From Paracoccaceae bacterium (GTDB lineage: Bacteria > Pseudomonadota > Alphaproteobacteria > Rhodobacterales > Rhodobacteraceae): a stretch of 62,904 nucleotides of DNA. The notes under the pieces are model-generated. The model made no database searches. It worked only from the letters and a program-made list of their open reading frames with translations, and was not told where the DNA came from. Of this stretch, positions 37,449 to 48,069 are shown piece after piece. Made by a program: the position numbers and the translations under genes. The DNA is taken from positions 1 to 62,904 of the forward strand of contig PIVL01000001.1 in NCBI GenBank assembly GCA_003354145.1, read 5' to 3'. Numbering within the stretch: the first letter of the stretch is position 1; each line of letters begins with the position of its first letter.

Positions 37449-39077
37449 ATGGCAATTACATCCGCAAACCAGCTTGAGCTGCTTCAGACAGCCGAGGCCG
37501 TGGCCCGCGAAAAGATGATTGAACCGGGTTTGGTGATCGAAGCCATGGAAGAGAGCCTCGCCCGAGCCGCCAAAAGCCGCTATGGCGCGGAAATGGACAT
37601 TCGTGTTGTGATTGATCGCAAAACCGGTCGCGCGTCGTTTACTCGTGTGCGGACGGTGGTTGAAGAGGCCGAGCTTGAGAACTATCAGGCGGAATTTACT
37701 GTCGATCAGGCCAAACAATATATGGCTGATCCAGCTGTCGGCGACACCTTTGTCGAAGAAGTGCCACCAGTTGAAATGGGCCGCATTGCGGCGCAGTCGG
37801 CCAAGCAGGTCATTTTGCAAAAAATCCGCGAAGCGGAGCGGGATCGCCAGTTCGAAGAATTCAAGGATCGCGCCGGGACTATCATTAACGGTCAGGTCAA
37901 ACGCGAAGAGTATGGCAATGTCATCGTCGATGTGGGTGCTGGCGAAGCAATCCTGCGTCGGAACGAAAAAATCGGCCGCGAAAGCTATCGCCCGAATGAT
38001 CGCATTCGCTGCTACATCAAGGATGTGCGCCGCGAGCCACGTGGCCCGCAGATTTTCCTAAGCCGAACGGCGCCGGAATTCATGGCCGAACTGTTCAAGA
38101 TGGAAGTGCCGGAAATCTATGACAACATCATAGAGATCAAAGCGGTTGCGCGTGACCCGGGTTCGCGCGCCAAGATTGCCGTGATTTCCTATGACGGCTC
38201 GATTGACCCTGTAGGTGCCTGTGTCGGTATGCGCGGCAGCCGGGTTCAGGCTGTGGTGAACGAATTGCAGGGTGAAAAGATTGACATCATTCCGTGGAAT
38301 GAAGATCAGCCGACCTTCTTGGTCAACGCACTGCAGCCAGCCGAGGTGACCAAAGTTGTTTTGGACGAAGAGGCTGAGCGGATCGAAGTTGTTGTTCCCG
38401 AAGAACAGCTGAGCCTAGCCATCGGTCGACGCGGTCAAAACGTACGTCTGGCCAGTCAGCTGACTGGTCTGGACATCGATATCATGACCGAGGAACAGGA
38501 AAGTGCCCGGCGTCAGGTCGAATTTGAAGCCCGCACTAAGTTGTTCATGGAATCGCTGGATGTGGATGAGTTCTTTGCTCAGTTGTTGGTGTCCGAAGGA
38601 TTTACCAATCTCGAAGAAGTTGCCTATATCGAAGTTGACGAACTGCTGGTAATTGACGGGGTCGATGAAGCCACAGCCGGCGAACTGCAGGCACGTGCGC
38701 GCGACTACCTGGAAGCGCAGGCCAAAAAGGCGCTTGATAACGCCCGCGAACTGGGAGTCGAGGACAGCCTGATCGAATTCGAAGGATTGTCGCCACAAAT
38801 GATCGAAGCGCTGGCCAACGACGGCATTAAAACGCTGGAAGATTTTGCGACTTGTGCGGATTGGGAATTGGCTGGTGGCTGGACCACTGAAAATGGCGAA
38901 CGCATCAAAGACGACGGATTGCTTGAGCCGATGGACGTATCGTTGGAAGAAGCGCAGAATTTGGTTATGACCGCGCGTATCATGTTGGGTTGGGTTGATC
39001 CGGATGATCTTGGAGCTGAAGAAAATGCTGAGGAAAACCCTGAAGATGAAGACCAATCCATGGAGGTCGGGGCCTGA
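37449..39077 (+). CDS. nusA: transcription termination/antitermination factor NusA
   Basis: 542 aa ORF with an N-terminal domain, S1, two KH domains (GACVGMRGSRVQ, IGRRGQNVRLA) and C-terminal acidic repeats. Confidence 0.96.
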   Translation: MAITSANQLELLQTAEAVAREKMIEPGLVIEAMEESLARAAKSRYGAEMDIRVVIDRKTGRASFTRVRTVVEEAELENYQAEFTVDQAKQYMADPAVGDTFVEEVPPVEMGRIAAQSAKQVILQKIREAERDRQFEEFKDRAGTIINGQVKREEYGNVIVDVGAGEAILRRNEKIGRESYRPNDRIRCYIKDVRREPRGPQIFLSRTAPEFMAELFKMEVPEIYDNIIEIKAVARDPGSRAKIAVISYDGSIDPVGACVGMRGSRVQAVVNELQGEKIDIIPWNEDQPTFLVNALQPAEVTKVVLDEEAERIEVVVPEEQLSLAIGRRGQNVRLASQLTGLDIDIMTEEQESARRQVEFEARTKLFMESLDVDEFFAQLLVSEGFTNLEEVAYIEVDELLVIDGVDEATAGELQARARDYLEAQAKKALDNARELGVEDSLIEFEGLSPQMIEALANDGIKTLEDFATCADWELAGGWTTENGERIKDDGLLEPMDVSLEEAQNLVMTARIMLGWVDPDDLGAEENAEENPEDEDQSMEVGA

Positions 39078-39089
39078 TTTCAGGCCCTG

Positions 39090-39725
39090 ATGGGATTGAA
39101 CATGAGCCGCGGTGGTGCCTCAAAGGGTCACAAGGATGATCCGGATCGCAAGTGTATCGCCACCGGCGAGGTGCAGCCGAAATACGGGCTGATTCGTTTT
39201 GTGGCTGGCCCAGACGGTCAAATCGTGCCTGATATACTGGGTAAACTGCCCGGTCGTGGGGTTTATGTTGCGGCAGATCGGGCGGCGTTGGATATGGCGG
39301 TGGGCAAGAAACTGTTTGCCCGCAGCCTAAAGCAGCAGGTGCAACTGCCAGAAGATCTGGTCGATATGGTGGAACAGCTTGTTTTGCGTCGGGTGGTTGA
39401 TCTTATCAGCATGGCACGTAAATCTGGTGTGTCTGTGGCGGGTTACGAGAAAGTCAAAGATTGGCTGGCCAAAGAAGAGGCCTGGGTTCTTATTCAGGCC
39501 GTAGATGGGTCCGGTCGCGGAAAATCGAAACTTAGCACGCCTCATTTCGGCAAATATATCGGTTGTTTGACAGCAGATGAGCTTGGAATGGCATTTGGGC
39601 GTCAAACTGTAATTCATGCGGCGCTGGCCTCTGGTGGACTCAGCGTTCGTGTTGTAGAGGAGGCGCAGCGCTTGCTGGGTCTGCGCAAAACGGAAGGCGA
39701 CAAGGGTCGCCAAGAAGGAAATTGA
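39090..39725 (+). CDS. YlxR/DUF448 RNA-binding protein with L7Ae-like C-terminal extension
   Basis: 211 aa ORF with RKCIATGE...LIRFV...PGRGVYV (DUF448 signature). Conserved nusA-ylxR-infB position. Confidence 0.85.
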   Translation: MGLNMSRGGASKGHKDDPDRKCIATGEVQPKYGLIRFVAGPDGQIVPDILGKLPGRGVYVAADRAALDMAVGKKLFARSLKQQVQLPEDLVDMVEQLVLRRVVDLISMARKSGVSVAGYEKVKDWLAKEEAWVLIQAVDGSGRGKSKLSTPHFGKYIGCLTADELGMAFGRQTVIHAALASGGLSVRVVEEAQRLLGLRKTEGDKGRQEGN

Positions 39726-39730
39726 GCTTG

Positions 39731-42214
39731 ATGAGCGATAGTGACGGCAAAAAGACATTGGGTGTGCGTACGGGTTCTCGTCCGGGGAACGTGAAACAAA
39801 GTTTCAGTCACGGACGCACCAAGAATGTCGTGGTGGAAACCAAACGCAAACGTATTGTAGTTCCCAAACCGGGTGCTACGAAATCTGCGGCTGTGTCGCC
39901 TGCTGTGGCGGGCAAATCATCGCGCCGACCGGCCGGTATTTCCGACACTGAAATGGATCGACGTCTTAAGGCGGTTCAGGCAGCGCGGGCACGCGAAGCT
40001 GAAGAAGCCGAGAAGAGGGCTGCTGAAGAAAAATCGCGCGCCGCCGATCGCGAGCGCCGTCGCGCCGAGATCGAAGCCAAGGAGCGCGAAGAGAAAGAGC
40101 GTGAAGAGCGGGCCAAGGTCAAAGCTGCTGAAGTCGAACAAAAACGGGTTGAGGCCGAAGAGGCCGCAAAACGTGCGGCGGCTCCGGCCCCTGAACCCGC
40201 AGCGGCCAAAGCTCCTCGTGGAGTTCCGTCAAAACCTGCGCCAGCTGCAACACCACGCAAAACCGATCGTGAACGTGATCAGCGCCAGAACCGGAACAAA
40301 GGCCGCGACGATGGTCGCCGGTCCGGTAAACTGACACTAAATCAGGCATTGCGTGGCGGCGGCGACCGTCATCGGTCGATGGCCGCGATGAAACGGAAAC
40401 AGGAACGCGCCCGGCTTAAGGCTTTGGGTGGTTCGGTCGAGCGGGAAAAGGTTGTGCGTGATGTACAGCTGCCCGAGGCGATTGTTGTGTCTGAGCTGGC
40501 AAACCGTATGGCCGAACGCGTCGGCGATGTTGTTAAATCGCTGATGACAATGGGCATGATGGTCACTCAGAATGAGACCATTGATGCAGACACCGCCGAG
40601 TTGATCATCGAAGAATTTGGCCACAAGGTCGTACGTGTTTCTGACGCGGACGTCGAAGATGTGATTGCCCATATCGAAGATGACGAAAAAGACATGAAAC
40701 CACGCCCACCTGTCATCACTGTTATGGGGCACGTGGACCACGGCAAAACCTCGCTTTTGGATGCGATCCGAAAATCCAAAGTTGTTGCGGGAGAAGCTGG
40801 CGGTATCACGCAGCATATCGGTGCCTATCAGGTAACGGCCGACGATGGCACGTTGCAGACCTTCCTGGATACTCCGGGCCACGCGGCATTTACGTCGATG
40901 CGGTCTCGTGGGGCGCAGGTAACGGATATTGTTGTGCTAGTGGTCGCGGCGGATGATGCTGTGATGCCGCAGACAATTGAGGCGATCAATCACGCCAAGG
41001 CGGCAAATGTGCCGATGATTGTGGCGATCAACAAAATCGACCGTCACGAGGCAAATGCCGACAAAGTGCGTACAGATCTGTTGCAGCACGAAATCATCGT
41101 CGAAAAACTGTCAGGTGACGTGCAGGATGTCGAAGTTTCAGCCATCACCGGTCAGGGTCTGGATCAGCTGCTAGAAGCGATTTCGCTGCAGGCGGAAATT
41201 CTGGAACTGCACGCCAACCCGGATCGCGCTGCCCAAGGTGCCGTGATCGAGGCGAAGCTGGATGTGGGCCGTGGCCCTGTTGCCACCGTTCTGGTTCAGA
41301 ACGGTACTCTGCGCCAAGGTGACATTTTTGTTGTTGGCGAACAGTGGGGCAAAGTCCGTGCCATGGAAGACGACAAAGGCGCACGCATCAAAGAGGCCGG
41401 ACCATCGGTTCCTGTCGAAGTGTTGGGCTTGAACGGCACACCCGAAGCAGGCGACGTTCTAAACGTTGTCGATACCGAAGCGCAGGCGCGTGAAATCGCC
41501 GAGTATCGCACTCAGGTGTCCAAAGACAAACGGGCCGCTGCTGGTGCTGCAACGACGCTGGAACAGCTGATGGCGAATGCCAAAGCAGATGAAAACGTCA
41601 ACGAACTGCCAATTCTGGTCAAGGCCGATGTGCAGGGTTCTGCCGAGGCTATTGGTCAGGCAATGGCCAAGATCGGCAACGAAGAAGTCCGCGTACGGGT
41701 TCTGCATTCGGGTGTTGGTGCGATCACTGAAACCGATGTGGGTCTGGCCGAAGCATCAGGCGCTCCGATCATGGGCTTTAACGTGCGGGCCAACGCCAGT
41801 GCGCGCAGCATTGCCAACCAAAAGGGCGTTGAGATCCGGTATTATTCGGTGATCTATGATCTGGTGGATGATGTTAAGGCGGCCGCAAGCGGTCTGCTAA
41901 GCGCCGAAATCCGCGAGAACTTTATTGGCTATGCAACTATCAAAGACGTGTTCAAAGTTACCGGAGTTGGCAAAGTAGCTGGCTGTCTGGTGACCGAAGG
42001 CATCGCCCGCCGGTCCGCCGGTGTGCGTCTGCTGCGCGACAATGTTGTGATCCACGAAGGCACGCTGAAAACGCTGAAGCGCTTTAAGGACGAAGTGTCC
42101 GAGGTTCAGTCGGGTCAGGAATGCGGTATGGCCTTTGAGAATTACGATGACATTCGTGCAGGCGATGTGATCGAAATTTTCGAACGCGAAGAAGTGACGC
42201 GTACGCTGGCGTAG
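39731..42214 (+). CDS. infB: translation initiation factor IF-2
   Basis: [11 protein letters not shown]... start (ATG 39731; the ORF track starts at TTG 39722). Has a charged K/E/A-rich N-region and G-domain motifs [14 protein letters not shown] and NKID. Confidence 0.96.
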   Translation: MSDSDGKKTLGVRTGSRPGNVKQSFSHGRTKNVVVETKRKRIVVPKPGATKSAAVSPAVAGKSSRRPAGISDTEMDRRLKAVQAARAREAEEAEKRAAEEKSRAADRERRRAEIEAKEREEKEREERAKVKAAEVEQKRVEAEEAAKRAAAPAPEPAAAKAPRGVPSKPAPAATPRKTDRERDQRQNRNKGRDDGRRSGKLTLNQALRGGGDRHRSMAAMKRKQERARLKALGGSVEREKVVRDVQLPEAIVVSELANRMAERVGDVVKSLMTMGMMVTQNETIDADTAELIIEEFGHKVVRVSDADVEDVIAHIEDDEKDMKPRPPVITVMGHVDHGKTSLLDAIRKSKVVAGEAGGITQHIGAYQVTADDGTLQTFLDTPGHAAFTSMRSRGAQVTDIVVLVVAADDAVMPQTIEAINHAKAANVPMIVAINKIDRHEANADKVRTDLLQHEIIVEKLSGDVQDVEVSAITGQGLDQLLEAISLQAEILELHANPDRAAQGAVIEAKLDVGRGPVATVLVQNGTLRQGDIFVVGEQWGKVRAMEDDKGARIKEAGPSVPVEVLGLNGTPEAGDVLNVVDTEAQAREIAEYRTQVSKDKRAAAGAATTLEQLMANAKADENVNELPILVKADVQGSAEAIGQAMAKIGNEEVRVRVLHSGVGAITETDVGLAEASGAPIMGFNVRANASARSIANQKGVEIRYYSVIYDLVDDVKAAASGLLSAEIRENFIGYATIKDVFKVTGVGKVAGCLVTEGIARRSAGVRLLRDNVVIHEGTLKTLKRFKDEVSEVQSGQECGMAFENYDDIRAGDVIEIFEREEVTRTLA

Positions 42215-42234
42215 TCCAGAATACCTTTAAACGG

Positions 42235-42269
42235 AAAAAAGGCACCGCTGATATGGCGGTGCCTTTTCT
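42235..42269. terminator. bidirectional intrinsic terminator shared by infB and the convergent small ORF
   Basis: A-run, GGCACCGC-N7-GCGGTGCC (8-bp stem), then a T-run. It starts 21 nt after the infB stop and ends 22 nt beyond the small ORF's stop codon (42291-42293). Confidence 0.8.
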
Positions 42270-42290
42270 GTTCAACGTGAGTTTGTTTTG

Positions 42291-42425
42291 TCAGAGAGTC
42301 GCCGAAACCGGGCTGCCCTGGTACACCATATTGCCAACTTTAACGACAATTTTCCCATCCGGAAGTGTCCGGACAAACAGGCCCTGAACGAATACACAGG
42401 TTCCAATAGAGATAGTGCGTAGCAT
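42291..42425 (-). CDS. unlisted small ORF, 44 aa (MLRTISIGTCVFVQGLFVRTLPDGKIVVKVGNMVYQGSPVSATL), unknown function
   Basis: Not in the supplied ORF track (below its length cut-off). ATG with GGGGAGA 8 nt upstream. The beta-strand-like, protein-like composition contrasts with the overlapping 71-aa track ORF (C/R/S-rich). It is followed by the bidirectional terminator. Confidence 0.5.
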   Translation of the reverse strand: MLRTISIGTCVFVQGLFVRTLPDGKIVVKVGNMVYQGSPVSATL

Positions 42426-42478
42426 GTCAAAATTCTCCCCAAAGAATTGGACACCCTGAGGTTACTACAAAACGGACT

Positions 42479-42579
42479 AAAAAACATGAAGATTTTATGC
42501 GAATCTGAGTCACATTTGATCAGTTCTTTGGAAAATATGGGAATTTTCTGAATCTAACCGCAAAACATATGAGATTTTC
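42479..42579. repeat. three phased A-tract/N8-9/T-tract motifs containing three GANTC sites (candidate regulatory array)
   Basis: The three copies are AAAAAACATGAAGATTTTA (42479-42497), GAAAATATGGGAATTTTC (42531-42548, inverted repeat GAAAAT-N6-ATTTTC) and AAAACATATGAGATTTTC (42562-42579). Register spacing is 51 and 32 bp. GANTC sites are at 42501, 42507 and 42550. Confidence 0.45.
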
Positions 42580-42613
42580 ACTAAGAACAGCTCTCATTGA
42601 GGCTAAATTAGTA

Positions 42614-43012
42614 TCACAACCAGTCCCGAAGAATTGGGATTAGCGGGATGTCAGCGGCGGGCATGGGGTAGTCTCGCAGGTTCTGTGCCCGCACCCATTT
42701 CAAAGCCTGTCCCTCACGGGCCACTGGTATGCCCTGCCATTTCCGACAGGCAAACAAGGGCATCAACAGATGGAAATCATCATAGCTGTGGCTGGCAAAC
42801 GTCAGCGGTGCCAGGCAGGATTGCCAGGTGTTTATACCCAACTCTTCCTCAAGCTCTCGGATCAAGGCCATTTCGGGTGTCTCGCCGGGTTCGACCTTGC
42901 CGCCGGGAAACTCCCACAATCCGGTCATTGATTTGCCTTCGGGGCGTTGAGCAAGAAGAACCCGCCCATCAACATCAATCAACGCAACAGCGGAAACCAA
43001 AACTGTTTTCAC
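42614..43012 (-). CDS. mutT: 8-oxo-dGTP diphosphatase MutT (NUDIX)
   Basis: Nudix box GGKVEPGETPEMALIRELEEELG. The GTG at 43012 overlaps the argJ stop (GTGA); the ORF-track extension to 43066 is rejected. Confidence 0.88.
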   Translation of the reverse strand: MKTVLVSAVALIDVDGRVLLAQRPEGKSMTGLWEFPGGKVEPGETPEMALIRELEEELGINTWQSCLAPLTFASHSYDDFHLLMPLFACRKWQGIPVAREGQALKWVRAQNLRDYPMPAADIPLIPILRDWL

Positions 43013-44235
43013 GATCGGTAATCGGCGTTGATTTCGATGTAGCCATGCGTGAAGTCGCAGGTCCAAACGGTCGTTTCGCCGTTTCCAAGGCCAAAGTCGG
43101 TGCGAATGCGCAGGGATTGGTCTTTCATATGTTCTGCTGCTTCAGCTTCATCGTAATCAGGACTGACCCAACCTTTGTCAGCAACCAGAACGTCGCCAAA
43201 CCAGATGCTGATCAGGTCGCGGTCTGCCACTGCTCCGGATTTACCGATGGCCATGACCACCCGACCCCAGTTTGGGTCTTCTCCGGCAATGGCGGTTTTC
43301 ACAAGTGGTGAATTGGCGATCGTCATTGCGTGGGTTTTTGCGTCTGCATCGTTCGCCGCCCCGGTCACGCGAATTTCGACAAACTTGGTCGCGCCTTCTC
43401 CGTCGCGGACCACTTGATGGGCCAGATCCAGCATGACTCCATGCAATGCATCGGCGAAATCGTCGTTTTCGGTTGCGTCCACGCCCGAAGCACCTGTGGC
43501 GCAAAGCATCAGCGTGTCAGAGGTCGAGGTATCGCTGTCCACCGTGATGCAGTTGAACGTCTTGTCGGCAAGGCGTGCCAGCACCGACTGCAGGCTGGAT
43601 TGACTGACTTTAGCGTCGGTAAAGATATAGACCAGCATCGTCGCCATATCCGGTGCGATCATGCCAGATCCTTTGGCAATTCCCGCAATGGTAATGGGTT
43701 TGCCATCAATCAAAACCTGGGTGCCGGCGCCTTTGGCAAAGGTGTCCGTAGTCATGATTGCCTGCGCTGCATCTCGGATGGCATCGGTACTTAAATTATC
43801 GCTCAATTCCAGCAATTTGTCCACAATTCGATCATGCTTCATCGGTTCCCCGATGACACCGGTCGAGGCAGTGAACACGCGGTTTAGAGGCACGTCTGTT
43901 GTTGCAGCGATTGCCGCAGTCAGTTCCGCAACAGAGGTCTGGCCATAGTGCCCGGTAAAGGCATTTGCGTTGCCGGAATTGACCAGAATGGCGGCACCTG
44001 CATCGCTTGGTCCGCCGATCTTGACCTGACAATCCAGCACCGGTGCAGATCGGGTAGAGGACTTGGTAAACACGCCAGCAACTGCCGTGCCAGGATCCAT
44101 AACCGCGAGCATGACATCGGTTCGATCAGAATACACCACGCCCGCCGCCGTTGTGGCAAACCGTACGCCGTCCACGACTGGTAGATCGGGGAAGTGGTCG
44201 GGTGCCAGCGGTGAGCGGGGCATTTCCTTAGCCAT
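43009..44235 (-). CDS. argJ: bifunctional glutamate N-acetyltransferase / amino-acid acetyltransferase ArgJ
   Basis: 408 aa ORF containing the autoproteolytic site context GMIAPDMATMLVYIFTDA. Confidence 0.94.
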   Translation of the reverse strand: MAKEMPRSPLAPDHFPDLPVVDGVRFATTAAGVVYSDRTDVMLAVMDPGTAVAGVFTKSSTRSAPVLDCQVKIGGPSDAGAAILVNSGNANAFTGHYGQTSVAELTAAIAATTDVPLNRVFTASTGVIGEPMKHDRIVDKLLELSDNLSTDAIRDAAQAIMTTDTFAKGAGTQVLIDGKPITIAGIAKGSGMIAPDMATMLVYIFTDAKVSQSSLQSVLARLADKTFNCITVDSDTSTSDTLMLCATGASGVDATENDDFADALHGVMLDLAHQVVRDGEGATKFVEIRVTGAANDADAKTHAMTIANSPLVKTAIAGEDPNWGRVVMAIGKSGAVADRDLISIWFGDVLVADKGWVSPDYDEAEAAEHMKDQSLRIRTDFGLGNGETTVWTCDFTHGYIEINADYRS

Positions 44236-44237
44236 TA

Positions 44238-45089
44238 TCAGTTCCTGACCAACTCAAGGTTTTTCATAACGTTCATATCCAGACCCTCAATCTCGGGGCG
44301 TTCAACGTCTGCAGCAGAGGTTAGCTCGGCAACACGCTTTTCCATTATCTCACTCCGCAGACGATTGGCGATCTCTTCGCGAACCTCATTCAAAAGCGGG
44401 GCGGTTGCTTTGCGTTGTTCGTTCAAAATGACGACATGCCAGCCGAACTGCGTCTGAATCGGCTCTGAAACCTCTCCGGTTTCAAGAGCGACAACAGCGG
44501 CCTCAAATTCGGGCACCATGGCGCCAAGGCCAAACCAACCCAGAGAGCCACCATTGGGCCCGGATGGACCGGTGGACTTTTCTTTTGCCAATTCGGCAAA
44601 ATCAGCTCCGGTATCCAGCATGGCCTTAACGGATTTCGCCTCGTCTTCGGTATCCAGCAGAATGTGCGAAGCGTTGTATTCATCACCACCATAACCTTCG
44701 GAATATTCTGCATCATAAGCAGTTCGAATATCGGCTTCGCTTGGGCTTGATTTCAGTACACGGTCAATTTCATCTGCGGCCAGCAAGGCACGGCGTTCGT
44801 TTTCTACTGACAGCTTCACATAAAGCGGATCGTCAGTTCCAAGCGATTGCGCCAAAGCCGTTTGCTGAATCAACTGTTCCAGTATGTTGGGGTACAGAGT
44901 TTCCGCAGGCAGTTGCTGATATTGTTGCGGCAACGCGGCAAAGGTGACGATTATGTGCCCCAAAGTGATTTCCTGGCCATTCACCCGTGCAACCACGGTT
45001 GCCGGATCAACAGTATCCTGAGCAAGTGAAGGGGCAGCCATCATTACAGACAAAACTGCTGGTAGTAGAAAAGTGAGACCTTTACGCAT
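44238..45089 (-). CDS. periplasmic parvulin-type peptidyl-prolyl isomerase (SurA/PpiC family)
   Basis: 283 aa ORF with a signal peptide (LLPAVLSVMMAAPSLAQ) and a PpiC domain (ASHILL..., GGSLGWFG, FGWHVV). Confidence 0.85.
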   Translation of the reverse strand: MRKGLTFLLPAVLSVMMAAPSLAQDTVDPATVVARVNGQEITLGHIIVTFAALPQQYQQLPAETLYPNILEQLIQQTALAQSLGTDDPLYVKLSVENERRALLAADEIDRVLKSSPSEADIRTAYDAEYSEGYGGDEYNASHILLDTEDEAKSVKAMLDTGADFAELAKEKSTGPSGPNGGSLGWFGLGAMVPEFEAAVVALETGEVSEPIQTQFGWHVVILNEQRKATAPLLNEVREEIANRLRSEIMEKRVAELTSAADVERPEIEGLDMNVMKNLELVRN

Positions 45090-45276
45090 AGAATCTTCCT
45101 AATAAGGGGCCGCAACAGGGCGCGGCGTTGACACTGTTTCACACGACCCTTACATCGCCTTGTGGCCTTTGCAGGGACCGTCTTTCTCACACGTATCTAA
45201 GTGCTGTGTTAAGGACGGACAAGACTGTGAAAGACAAAGTACGAGAAGTAACAAAGTCAGATCGGGTTGAACGCAT

Positions 45277-47976
45277 ATGCTGGGTTTAGGAACTATCGCC
45301 AAAAAGGTGTTCGGAACACCGAATGACCGTAAAATCAAGGCGACTCGCCCGTTGGTCGAAAAGATCAACGCGCTTGAGGCTGACACCGAGAAAAGCAGTG
45401 ATGCCGGGTTGATCGAAAAGACCGAAGAATTACGGAAGCGGGCGCTGGGCGGCGAAAGTCTGGATGATCTTCTGCCAGAGGCGTTTGCCAACTGTCGCGA
45501 GGCTGCCAAACGGGCGCTGGGCTTGCGAGCATTTGACACCCAGTTGCTGGCGGCGATTTTCCTACATCAGGGCAATATTGCTGAACAGAAAACCGGCGAA
45601 GGCAAAACCCTGACGGCGACCTTTGCGGCCTATCTGAATGCGCTGACCGGGAAGGGTGTGCATATCGTGACGGTCAACGACTATCTGGTAAGGCGAGATG
45701 CCGATTGGATGGGCAAAGTGTTCACCCATCTGGGCATGACGACCGGTATAGTGGTGCCCAATCTTACCAGCGAAGAAAAGCTGAAGGCGTATGGCAGCGA
45801 CATCACCTATGCGACGAATAATGAACTGGGTTTTGATTATCTACGTGACAATATGAAATCGGATCTGGCCGAAGTTTTCCAGATCCACCACAACTTTGCC
45901 ATTGTGGATGAGGTCGACAGCATTCTGATCGACGAGGCGCGAACACCGTTGATTATTTCCGGTCCGGCGCAGGACCGGTCTGAACTGTATGTCACTATCG
46001 ACAAGCTGATTCCCGAACTTAGTGATGACCATTACGAGATCGACGAAAAGACCCGCAATGTAACGTTTACGGACGATGGCAATGATTTCCTTGAAAATTT
46101 GCTGTTTACACGCGGAATCCTTGAAGAGGGGCAATCGCTGTACGACCCGGAAAGCACAACCATTGTGCATCACGTCAATCAGGGTTTGCGGGCGCATAAA
46201 CTGTTCAAGCGCGACAAGGATTACATCGTACGCGACGGTGAGGTCGTACTGATCGACGAATTTACTGGCCGGATGATGCCGGGGCGGCGTCTATCAGATG
46301 GGCTGCATCAAGCGATCGAGGCCAAGGAGGAAGCAAATATTCAGCCGGAAAACGTTACTCTGGCAAGCGTGACCTTCCAGAACTATTTCCGTCTTTATGA
46401 CAAACTGGCCGGTATGACCGGTACAGCCGAGACCGAAGCCGAAGAATTTGCCGAGATTTATGGATTGGGCGTGGTTGTCGTTCCGACCAACGAGCCTGTA
46501 GCCCGCATTGACGAAGACGACCGTGTGTACAGCTCAGTACGCGAAAAGTACGAGGCGATGATCAAAGAGATCAAAAAGGCCAATGCCAAGGGACAACCGG
46601 CTCTTGTGGGTACCACGTCGATTGAAAAGTCCGAAATGCTTAGCGAAATGCTGACAAAAGAGGGTGTGGAACATAATGTTCTGAACGCGCGTCAGCATGA
46701 AAAAGAGGCGCAGATTGTTGCGGATGCCGGCAAATTTGGTGCTGTTACCATTGCGACCAATATGGCTGGCCGGGGTACTGACATTCAGCTTGGCGGCAAT
46801 GTGGATATGAAGGTTCTTGCTGTTCTGGACGAGAACCCTGATGCTGATCCGGATGAACTTCGTAAAACCGAAATAGCAGCGCATGCCGAGGAAAAAAAGA
46901 AAGTCATCGACGCGGGAGGGCTTTTTGTCATTGCCTCGGAACGTCACGAAAGCCGTCGAATCGACAACCAGCTAAGAGGTCGATCCGGTCGTCAGGGTGA
47001 TCCGGGCCGCACGTCGTTCTATTTGAGCCTTGAAGATGATCTGATGCGGATTTTCGGCTCTGAGCGGCTTGATAAAGTGTTGAAAACTCTTGGCTTGAAA
47101 GAAGGCGAAGCGATCATTCACCCCTGGGTCAACAAATCTCTGGAACGCGCGCAAGCCAAGGTCGAAGGCCGGAACTTTGACATGCGCAAACAGGTTCTGA
47201 AGTTCGACGATGTGATGAATGACCAGCGTAAAGTTGTGTTTGGTCAACGCCGCGAAATCATGGGGTCGGCCGATTTGTCGGATGTGACCACAGACATGCG
47301 CCATCAAGTGATTGATGATCTGATCGACACCTATATGCCGCCTAAGACATACGCCGATCAATGGGACACCGAAGGTCTTTATGCCAAGGTGATCGAAGAG
47401 TTAGGCATTGACGTTCCAGTCATGGAATGGGCTGCTGAAGAGGGCGTGGATGACGAAATCATCCGCGAACGGCTGATCAAAGAAGCGGACGAGATGATGG
47501 CCAAAAAGGCGGTCGCTTTTGGCACGGACACAATGCGCAATATCGAAAAACAGGTCTTGCTGCAGACGATTGACACCAAATGGCGTGAACACCTTTTGAC
47601 GCTTGAACACTTGCGCTCAGTTGTTGGATTCCGCGGCTATGCGAACCGTGATCCACTGAATGAATACAAGAACGAATCATTTCAGTTGTTTGAGTCACTA
47701 TTAGATGGGCTGCGCGAATCCGTGTCTAAGACGCTGGCGCAAATTCGGCCGCTTAGCGAAGAAGAGCAACGCCAGATGCAGGCGCAGGTCGCCGCACAGC
47801 AGGGGCAAGTGCAGCAAGCCCAGGCGCCTGAGGCTGCGGCAGAGCCTGAGCCAACCGAACCTGCAGATGGGTTTGACGAATCCAACCCCGAAACCTGGGG
47901 CAATCCCGGTCGAAATCAGCAGTGCCCATGCGGCAGCGGCAAGAAATTCAAACATTGTCACGGGCGACTGGTCTAA
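45277..47976 (+). CDS. secA: preprotein translocase ATPase SecA
   Basis: 899 aa ORF with Walker [26 protein letters not shown], and the C-terminal zinc motif [14 protein letters not shown]. Confidence 0.97.
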   Translation: MLGLGTIAKKVFGTPNDRKIKATRPLVEKINALEADTEKSSDAGLIEKTEELRKRALGGESLDDLLPEAFANCREAAKRALGLRAFDTQLLAAIFLHQGNIAEQKTGEGKTLTATFAAYLNALTGKGVHIVTVNDYLVRRDADWMGKVFTHLGMTTGIVVPNLTSEEKLKAYGSDITYATNNELGFDYLRDNMKSDLAEVFQIHHNFAIVDEVDSILIDEARTPLIISGPAQDRSELYVTIDKLIPELSDDHYEIDEKTRNVTFTDDGNDFLENLLFTRGILEEGQSLYDPESTTIVHHVNQGLRAHKLFKRDKDYIVRDGEVVLIDEFTGRMMPGRRLSDGLHQAIEAKEEANIQPENVTLASVTFQNYFRLYDKLAGMTGTAETEAEEFAEIYGLGVVVVPTNEPVARIDEDDRVYSSVREKYEAMIKEIKKANAKGQPALVGTTSIEKSEMLSEMLTKEGVEHNVLNARQHEKEAQIVADAGKFGAVTIATNMAGRGTDIQLGGNVDMKVLAVLDENPDADPDELRKTEIAAHAEEKKKVIDAGGLFVIASERHESRRIDNQLRGRSGRQGDPGRTSFYLSLEDDLMRIFGSERLDKVLKTLGLKEGEAIIHPWVNKSLERAQAKVEGRNFDMRKQVLKFDDVMNDQRKVVFGQRREIMGSADLSDVTTDMRHQVIDDLIDTYMPPKTYADQWDTEGLYAKVIEELGIDVPVMEWAAEEGVDDEIIRERLIKEADEMMAKKAVAFGTDTMRNIEKQVLLQTIDTKWREHLLTLEHLRSVVGFRGYANRDPLNEYKNESFQLFESLLDGLRESVSKTLAQIRPLSEEEQRQMQAQVAAQQGQVQQAQAPEAAAEPEPTEPADGFDESNPETWGNPGRNQQCPCGSGKKFKHCHGRLV

Positions 47977-48069
47977 ATTGGTTGCCATAATCACGCCTGA
48001 TTGGTTCCCAAAGACGGCCACTATTCTTCGGCATAACGCACCCTGAGCCAAAAGGTGATGAGGTGTTTT

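Noticed and set aside
39790-39798. Isolated parS half-sites: CGTGAAACA in infB at 39790-39798 and TGTTTCAC at 45135-45142 upstream of secA.
   Set aside because: Only one arm matches. The full 16-mers have 5 or more mismatches, which is consistent with chance.
42272-42487. 71-aa minus-strand ORF from the track in the infB-mutT gap.
   Set aside because: It has a Cys/Arg/Ser/Leu-rich, non-protein-like sequence and runs through the terminator hairpin. The alternative 44-aa frame (42291-42425) has a proper SD and a plausible sequence.
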